A DNA stretch of 64,000 nucleotides from Candidatus Heimdallarchaeum endolithica. Its GTDB lineage: Archaea > Asgardarchaeota > Heimdallarchaeia > Heimdallarchaeales > Heimdallarchaeaceae. Position numbers and translations under genes: made by a program. The notes under the pieces were generated by a model. The model searched no databases. It was not told the origin of the DNA and saw nothing but the letters and a program-made list of their open reading frames with translations. Location of the stretch: NCBI GenBank assembly GCA_021513715.1, contig CP084167.1:2944001-3008000 (forward strand), read 5' to 3'. Shown piece by piece: positions 61,563-64,000 of this stretch; position 1 is the first letter of the stretch; each line of letters starts with the position of its first letter.

Positions 61563-61919
61563 TTATTCTCCAAGTAATCTTTTTGACATCTGATAAAACT
61601 GGAAAAACATGAACACCAATAAGATAACTGCTATTACCAATAAACCTAATTTTGTTGGCTTCCAAATCTGATCATAAAATGATTTTGGGTTAAACCAAAA
61701 AAATTCATCATAAGCGTTCATCAATGAGCTAAGTGTGCCAAGTATTCCAAAGCTCAATAATGGGTAGAATATCTTCTTTTTTTCAAAAAGTGGGAAACGT
61801 TTTCGCAATATAAATATTATAGTTACTAGAAAAATGAAAGTAATAAATAATAACACATCAAAAATTGACTTTAGGATAGCTAAAATATTATCAGGTAGGT
61901 GAAGGATAACAGAAACCAT
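61563..61919 (-). CDS. Small 3-TM membrane protein
   Basis: Hydrophobic segments; co-oriented and adjacent to 61921 and 60634. Confidence 0.65.
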   Translation of the reverse strand: MVSVILHLPDNILAILKSIFDVLLFITFIFLVTIIFILRKRFPLFEKKKIFYPLLSFGILGTLSSLMNAYDEFFWFNPKSFYDQIWKPTKLGLLVIAVILLVFMFFQFYQMSKRLLGE

Positions 61920-61920
61920 C

Positions 61921-62247
61921 TCATAAACCCCACTGTTTTTTTCCTTCAGTAGATGTTAATAATAAGCCAATTGCAATCAAAGCTATTGCAGTGAAAAAGA
62001 ACAAACCATCAAAAAGATCAAACCAATCACTTAAAGTTTCAAAATCAAATGTATCAAGAATATCAAACAAGCTGTGTAAAATTCCGCAAAATAATCCAGT
62101 TTGTATAATAATCCAACTCTTTGTACGAGGAATTTTTGGATAATTTTTGCTTAATATTGAAGTCATGAAAAATGCAGTTGTAAAGCCTAAAAATGAAATT
62201 ATTTCAATTACAAACAAATAAATGTCTGGAGTTTCAAATATCGCCAT
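61921..62247 (-). CDS. Small 3-TM membrane protein (likely distant paralog of 61563)
   Basis: GILHSLFDILDTF vs GTLSSLMNAYDEF; likely ATG at 62247. Confidence 0.65.
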   Translation of the reverse strand: MAIFETPDIYLFVIEIISFLGFTTAFFMTSILSKNYPKIPRTKSWIIIQTGLFCGILHSLFDILDTFDFETLSDWFDLFDGLFFFTAIALIAIGLLLTSTEGKKQWGL

Positions 62248-62408
62248 CAAACAGAAAGCTTTTTGCTTATTTTTAAGATTTTTGGGTTTAAAAAATAATT
62301 TCAATTAATGAAAAGCTAAGTTTGTGAGTTCTTACTTATAGATCTTGTTTAACAATATAATTTCATTCAAGGAAATAGTTTAAAACAAGCGAATTATTTT
62401 TAGATTCA

Positions 62409-63077
62409 ATGCAAAAAGACTTGTATTTAACAGAAGACAATAGAAAAGAAAAGAATGCTCAATGGATAGAAGAATGTAGGAAATATAAAAATACTGAACC
62501 TTTTGCTTTTGATTTAAAAAAAGCAGCTTTAGTGGTTCTTGATATGCAAAAAGTTTTTCTCCGAGAAGATTCACACGCTTTTATACCTTCAGGTGCTACT
62601 ATTGTCCCCATCATTAATAAATTAGTAGCCAAATTCAATGAGTATAAACGACCTATTATTTTTTCGAGACACATTTTCCCAGAGAATAAAGAAACTCTTT
62701 TGTACAAAATTTGGAGAAATTCAATAGATCTGAACCAAGAAGAATCAGAATTAATTGAAGAAGTAAAAAGTGGAGGAATTATTCTAATAAAAAGAAACTA
62801 TAGTGCGTTTAAGAAAACTAATTTAGAGACGATTTTAAGAAAAAATAAAGTTAAACAAGTAGTTGTAACTGGATTAATGAGTCATCTTTGCTGTGATACA
62901 ACAACAAGGGATGCCTTTATGATGGGATATGAACCATTCTTTGTAGTTGATGCTACAGCGACCTATAATGAAACTTTACATTTAGGAACATTAAGAGCAT
63001 TATCTCATGGGTTTTCTGTACCTATTGTTTCGGAGGAGATAATTAATTGGAAAGAAAATCCAAAAGAAGAGAAGTAA
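62409..63077 (+). CDS. Isochorismatase-family cysteine hydrolase
   Basis: LVVLDMQ, KRNYSAF, GLMSHLCCDTTTRDAF. Confidence 0.92.
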   Translation: MQKDLYLTEDNRKEKNAQWIEECRKYKNTEPFAFDLKKAALVVLDMQKVFLREDSHAFIPSGATIVPIINKLVAKFNEYKRPIIFSRHIFPENKETLLYKIWRNSIDLNQEESELIEEVKSGGIILIKRNYSAFKKTNLETILRKNKVKQVVVTGLMSHLCCDTTTRDAFMMGYEPFFVVDATATYNETLHLGTLRALSHGFSVPIVSEEIINWKENPKEEK

Positions 63078-63946
63078 TACTGGTTGGAGGAGGACCTGCT
63101 TGTTGCTCTGCTGCAATTCAGCTAGTGAGAAGTAATAAAAATATTTTATTGATTACGAAAGAAATTGGTGGTCTAGTAAAGAATGCTAATTTAGTAGAAA
63201 ATTTACTAGGTTTCTCTAAAGGAATCAGAGGAGAAGAATATGTTTCTATGATGAAAGAGCAATTAAAGGAAACCAAAGTTCCTGTAGTTATAGATGAAGT
63301 GAAAAAAGTAAAGAAAATAGAAGATCACTTTGTCATAACAACTTCAAATGAAGAATTTTTCTCTGATTATGTAATTATAGGTTCAGGGACAATTCCTAGA
63401 AAACTACAAATCCAAGGAGAAAAGAAGGCATATCAAAATAGAAAATTGTTTTATGATGTTTATGAAGCGAAAGCGTATCTAGAAAAAAACGACGATGTGA
63501 TTATTGTTGGTGGAGGAGACGCAGCTTATGATTATGCTTTAAACATATCAGATCAAGTTAAACAAATTAGAATTTTACAAAGATCAGAGAAAGCAAAATG
63601 TTTACCTTTGTTGTTAAATAGAGTCAGAAAAAAGAAATATATACAAATTATAAAAAACTTTACTCCTTCAGAAATCAGTTTTTATTCCAATAAATTAGTA
63701 TTGTCTGTAAAAAGATCTCCAAAAAAATTTGTGGATTTACTCACTGATAAGATATTGGTAGCTATAGGCCGAATTCCTAATATATTTTTTATTGAAGAAG
63801 GTTTATTAACATCTGATAATTTACAAAGCACAAATCCAAGATTAGTTCTGATTGGTGACGTCAAAAATAAGCGATTTAGACAAATTTCAATAGCAATTGG
63901 AGATGGACTTAAGGAAGCAATGAAAATAATTGAAGAGAATGAGTGA
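63047..63946 (+). CDS. NAD(P)/FAD-dependent oxidoreductase (TrxB-like, lacking the redox CxxC)
   Basis: VGGGPA, IGG, VGGGDAA.D.A, VAIGR.PN, IGDV...QI..A.GDG. Confidence 0.85.
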   Translation: MERKSKRREVILVGGGPACCSAAIQLVRSNKNILLITKEIGGLVKNANLVENLLGFSKGIRGEEYVSMMKEQLKETKVPVVIDEVKKVKKIEDHFVITTSNEEFFSDYVIIGSGTIPRKLQIQGEKKAYQNRKLFYDVYEAKAYLEKNDDVIIVGGGDAAYDYALNISDQVKQIRILQRSEKAKCLPLLLNRVRKKKYIQIIKNFTPSEISFYSNKLVLSVKRSPKKFVDLLTDKILVAIGRIPNIFFIEEGLLTSDNLQSTNPRLVLIGDVKNKRFRQISIAIGDGLKEAMKIIEENE

Positions 63947-63950
63947 TAAA

Positions 63951-64000
63951 ATGGAAATAGTGGGAAAGTATGGAAAGGATGATTTAGCTATTTTATATAT
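63951..64000 (+). CDS. Start of the next operon gene (MEIVGKYGKDDLAILY...), 3'-truncated; product not assignable
   Basis: ATG 4 bp after the previous stop; frame open to the window end. Confidence 0.45.
   Translation, partial: MEIVGKYGKDDLAILY

Noticed and set aside
24-63864. Numerous short antisense or overlapping ORFs in the track (e.g. 2046, 4945, 7974, 24875, 26156, 40148, 58110)
   Set aside because: Shadows of well-supported genes on the opposite strand or low-complexity T-rich frames

Overview
AT-rich archaeal window, most likely from an Asgard archaeon of the Heimdallarchaeia. This is an inference from TBP, thermosome, eS25, RadA, an Arf-like GTPase, GPP34/GOLPH3 and a longin-V4R protein. 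About 1-23 kb is mostly housekeeping (bacterial-type glyA, eS25, RadA paralog, thermosome, MTAP, peptidases, trans-sulfuration enzyme, TBP, hisS) with one intact IS481 and a candidate box C/D sRNA. About 23.6-44 kb holds a peptide ABC transporter whose permeases (dppBC) and ATPases (dppDF) are 16 kb apart. Between them lies an accessory region: a HEAT-repeat protein, duplications, an AOR(-SCP2)/ADH pair, and two dead IS6 copies. The IS6 copies bracket a candidate caspase-fold self-processing toxin/immunity pair and a TnpB with a Fanzor-type rearranged RuvC site plus a predicted omegaRNA. About 44-64 kb holds two coiled-coil/winged-helix proteins, an RdhA/QueG-like protein, GPP34, two large surface proteins, an HD protein, TauE, a sulfotransferase, a membrane-pair plus longin-V4R operon and an isochorismatase/oxidoreductase operon. 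Best novelty candidates: the toxin-immunity cassette (36440-38111), the rearranged TnpB with omegaRNA (38596-40248), an unassigned structured RNA (23627-23802), a RadA paralog with the eukaryotic RAD51-paralog PALGxxWxH motif, and the longin-V4R operon. No CRISPR array, tRNA or rRNA was seen. All calls were made by eye, without database searches.
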